From: Nitrospirales bacterium
GTDB taxonomy: Bacteria; Nitrospirota; Nitrospiria; Nitrospirales; UBA8639
DNA length: 64,000 bases
NCBI GenBank assembly: GCA_965203295.1
Contig: CBDBCZ010000019.1
Location: 1,664,001-1,728,000, forward strand
Direction: 5' to 3'
Below are positions 61,215-64,000 of the stretch, one piece after another; the first letter of the stretch is position 1; the number at the start of each line of letters is the position of its first letter. The notes beneath the pieces were generated by a model. The model saw only the letters and a list, made by a program, of their open reading frames with translations. It searched no databases and was not told where the DNA came from. Position numbers and translations under genes: made by a program.

Positions 61215-61309
61215 AGCTATTTGCGAGTTTTACAAAACATTCATCAGGGGTATCAATAACCGAACCGATACTGACTCTTGCATCGGTAGTTGACAGCAAT
61301 TACACGAAT

Positions 61310-61328
61310 AATGCAACTTATTTGCAAT
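61310..61328. promoter_or_regulatory. Fur-family box overlapping a putative promoter
   Basis: AATGCAACTTATTTGCAAT downstream of TTGACA (61290-61295). Confidence 0.68.
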
Positions 61329-61356
61329 TTCGCATATCAAAAGAAGGAAAAGAGTT

Positions 61357-62169
61357 TTGTCGAGTTTTCAGAATCTCTTCAATATAAGACAATTTCTAAC
61401 ATTGGCTGTCGGCACATGGTTTTTCGTGCTACCGGGCTGTCTTGCTGCCCCTCAAGTCGGCATGATTCATGAGAGTCCCCAAGGAACAATTTCCCTGAAA
61501 ACCTTTCCTGATTCTTCCATTCAAGCCAACCACCCCAAAAGGTTGGATTCCTCGCTATTGGGCCGAATCCTACGTGGGATGTATCTTCAAGAAAAGAGGA
61601 AAGGATTAGCCTCTATACTTCCAGGAAATGCCGAGTCTATTCCGGTCTTCACCGAACAAGAAATACAATTCTTGGCACCTTGGCTCAGTTCAGCGCTTGC
61701 TCAGGCTACAGCCCAAGAACGAGTAGTTTTTACTCTTTTTCATCAGGCAACAGAAGAAAAAACACAGACCGATGGATCCCTCTATATTTCAGATCCTGTC
61801 ATCTATGTGACCTTGGATTCCTACCACTTCAAGGAATCAAAACCCTCCCTGCCATCAAACCCTTCCCCTTCATTTCGCCGCCCCAAACGCTGGAAAATGT
61901 TGTTTGTACCGGAAGAGGTCTTCATAAACAATTCTGAAGACGGAACAGAACATGCCGATGGTTCTGGGGTTGGAACTTTGGAGATTGCCTATGAACAATT
62001 AAACCGACTCTCCTCCTCGCCCGGAGGTGAAGACACAGCCGGAGTCAATGATCAGGAGAAAAAAAAAGAGGTGCAACGTTTGAAAGAAGAAGTCCAACAA
62101 TTACGGAAATCGTTGCATGAGCAGGATACAAAGCTGAAAAACTTGGAAGAAAGCATAAAGAAGCAATGA
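61357..62169 (+). CDS. Lipoprotein of unknown function with C-terminal coiled coil
   Basis: LPGC lipobox; PVFTEQEIQFLAPWL; EVQRLKEEVQQLRK. Confidence 0.78.
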   Translation: MSSFQNLFNIRQFLTLAVGTWFFVLPGCLAAPQVGMIHESPQGTISLKTFPDSSIQANHPKRLDSSLLGRILRGMYLQEKRKGLASILPGNAESIPVFTEQEIQFLAPWLSSALAQATAQERVVFTLFHQATEEKTQTDGSLYISDPVIYVTLDSYHFKESKPSLPSNPSPSFRRPKRWKMLFVPEEVFINNSEDGTEHADGSGVGTLEIAYEQLNRLSSSPGGEDTAGVNDQEKKKEVQRLKEEVQQLRKSLHEQDTKLKNLEESIKKQ

Positions 62170-62203
62170 TTGTCTCCCTATTCCATCTGCCAAAATCTCC
62201 CTA

Positions 62204-62376
62204 GTTCACAGTTCTGCGTCGCCGGGCTTCGCCCCCACACGACGAGGGTTTTGTGTTTGTCCCTTCCCTCTCCTTTGTAAGGAAGGGCGAGGGAAGTAGA
62301 GACTCTACCTCTCTTAATCTCCCCTTACAAAGGGGAGAAATTGTTCTTCCCCACGCGCAAAGCGGAACAAAAAAGT
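62204..62376 (+). repeat. Composite intergenic element copy 5: ends of A with the centre replaced by palindrome E
   Basis: TTCACAGTTCTGCGTCGCCGGGCTTCGCCCC...CCACGCGCAAAGCGGAACAAAAAAG flank CCCTTCCCTCTCCTTTGTAAGG...TCTCCCCTTACAAAGGGGAGA. Confidence 0.8.
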
Positions 62377-62381
62377 AATTG

Positions 62382-63257
62382 TCACACTCCTACAGCAGAG
62401 ATTCGGTGTCTGAACCACTGAATTCCTACGATCAATCCGAGAAGGATGCACGCAAGGAAGGCATCTGTCGCACCAGTCGGCCAATCAAGGAAGTAGGAAA
62501 AAAGGAATCCAGAAAACCCAATTGCTGCCCCAATAATTCCAGCTAACAAGGGAATCAGATAAAAGCGGCCTGCAACTCTGAGGGCTATCATTGGGGGTAA
62601 GAGCAAAAAGGCAAAAGTAAGGAGAGGCCCAACCATCAACACACCTAAAGAAATTGACGTGCCCACGAGACCATACAACAAAAGATCCCAAACCCAGGCT
62701 CGTTTCCCCAAGGACAGAGCCATATCGCGATCGACCGAAATCAGCAACAACTCTTTTCTGAAATACCATAAAAGGGCCATGATCCCAGCATAGAACGAGA
62801 TGAGAAACAGTAAGTCGGTATCGGAGATTGCGATAATCTGTCCTCTGAGCAATTGAATCACGCCTACTTCTGGAATGTGCTCGGAAGCCAATAGTAATAT
62901 GGTCATAGCCCCTGCCAAAACATACACCACTCCGATACGCCCCTCTACCAATCCAAAACCCTTCCGCTCCAAACTAGCAAGTAGCATTAATACTCCGGTG
63001 GTCACGATCGTTGCTCCAACCAACGCTAAGACAAAATCACTATGAACCGGATCACCGACATGAAATACGAGATGCCAATACACCGCCGCTGCAATCCCTG
63101 TCGCGGACAGCTGAGGCAAAACTACGCCAAGAAACACCATCCTTCTGGCGTACATCAGAACTCCCACGAAGGGAAGAACGAGACCAGTGACCATTCCACC
63201 GTAGAGGGCGTTTCTTAAGACGTAAGAAGGATAAAGTATTTCGAGAATCTCGTTCAT
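62382..63257 (-). CDS. Mn/Zn ABC transporter permease (ZnuB-like)
   Basis: RRMVFLGVVLPQLS..G, LLISVDRDMA..LG, VGPLL and DWPTGAT. Confidence 0.88.
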   Translation of the reverse strand: MNEILEILYPSYVLRNALYGGMVTGLVLPFVGVLMYARRMVFLGVVLPQLSATGIAAAVYWHLVFHVGDPVHSDFVLALVGATIVTTGVLMLLASLERKGFGLVEGRIGVVYVLAGAMTILLLASEHIPEVGVIQLLRGQIIAISDTDLLFLISFYAGIMALLWYFRKELLLISVDRDMALSLGKRAWVWDLLLYGLVGTSISLGVLMVGPLLTFAFLLLPPMIALRVAGRFYLIPLLAGIIGAAIGFSGFLFSYFLDWPTGATDAFLACILLGLIVGIQWFRHRISAVGV

Positions 63258-63268
63258 GACATCCTTGG

Positions 63269-63976
63269 CTAACTAATAGGCATCTCCCAAGGATCTCGCT
63301 CCAACAAGGCCTTGAATTGGCTTCGAACGAGTTTTCCTTCTTCAAGAAGCAACACTTCTTCAAAGACCTCAGACATGGTTGGAAGGAAATGATCAGCCCA
63401 TAATAAGGTTAGCGCTGAATCTTGCTTGAGTTTAGCTAACAGGGTCACCATCGAGAGTACGGTTTCCCTATCTAGACTTGCGAGAGGTTCATCCATGACC
63501 AAAATCGTTGGATTAGTCGAGAGCGCTCGGGCAATCAGCACTCGTTGTTGCTGACCTCCAGAGAGGTCAGCATAAGATTTTCTGTCGAGCTCTCTAATCC
63601 CCACTTCACTCATCGCCCAATCAATACGTTCTCGCTCCTTCGTTCGCACACTCTGCCAAGGTCGTAATTCACCGTAGGTTCCCATCTCCACAACCTCTCT
63701 CACTGTCAAAGGGAGGAGCCCGCTGACAGATCTTCGTTGAGGAACGTAGCCAATCCGAATGTCATGATCATTGAGCGAATCATTCAGTCGCATCACTCCA
63801 TCCAGAGGTGAAAGAATTCCAGCAATGGTTTTTAAGAGAGCGGTTTTTCCAGATCCATTGGACCCGAGAACGGCCAAAGACTCTCCTACCGCGATCTCCA
63901 AGTTTACTGGACGGAGGACCGGATTCCCAGGGTAGCCGATAGCAACACCTTGCAAGCTAAGGAGTGAAGGATTCAT
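63269..63976 (-). CDS. Mn/Zn ABC transporter ATPase (ZnuC-like)
   Basis: GSNGSGKT, IGYVPQ, PLTVREVV.MG, LSGGQQQRVLIARAL and MDEP. Confidence 0.9.
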   Translation of the reverse strand: MNPSLLSLQGVAIGYPGNPVLRPVNLEIAVGESLAVLGSNGSGKTALLKTIAGILSPLDGVMRLNDSLNDHDIRIGYVPQRRSVSGLLPLTVREVVEMGTYGELRPWQSVRTKERERIDWAMSEVGIRELDRKSYADLSGGQQQRVLIARALSTNPTILVMDEPLASLDRETVLSMVTLLAKLKQDSALTLLWADHFLPTMSEVFEEVLLLEEGKLVRSQFKALLERDPWEMPIS

Positions 63977-64000
63977 GAATTAGCGTCGAGATAGCGCGGT

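Overview
A 64-kb bacterial chromosomal window, probably from a Nitrospirales/Nitrospira-like organism. That assignment is inferred from the gene content and a ~125-bp palindromic repeat type, not from a search. The intact core genes are mazG, tRNA-Pro(CGG), two ferredoxins, a squalene/phytoene synthase, htpX, an EndoQ + UvrD-like pair, tatD, an amidase, truA, a Glu/Leu/Phe/Val dehydrogenase, the fbp-PIN/TRAM-ispD-ispF-cysE-fbaB run, kdsC-manC-PMM/PGM, lptFG, fabF-ACP-lpxD, a DAHP synthase and a Fur/Zur-associated metal-homeostasis region (His-rich protein, MerC-like, ZnuBC-like). About ten accessory genes carry frameshifts or premature stops: ald, two PD-(D/E)XK nucleases, a vapC remnant, a methyltransferase, yacG, an HtrA-like protease, a TlpA protein, a dipeptide epimerase and an ArsI/CadI protein. 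The main non-gene structures are: (i) a family of modular, nested intergenic palindromic elements at six loci; (ii) a decayed IS3 element followed by three further co-oriented copies of its right end that bracket GC-rich cargo genes; (iii) two matching TGCAA-N5-TTGCA Fur-family boxes; (iv) an aromatic-rich candidate leader peptide before the DAHP synthase; (v) a DnaA-box cluster with no dnaA in the window. EndoQ and its partner helicase both end in beta-clamp-binding-like motifs. All calls come from reading the sequence; no database searches were run.
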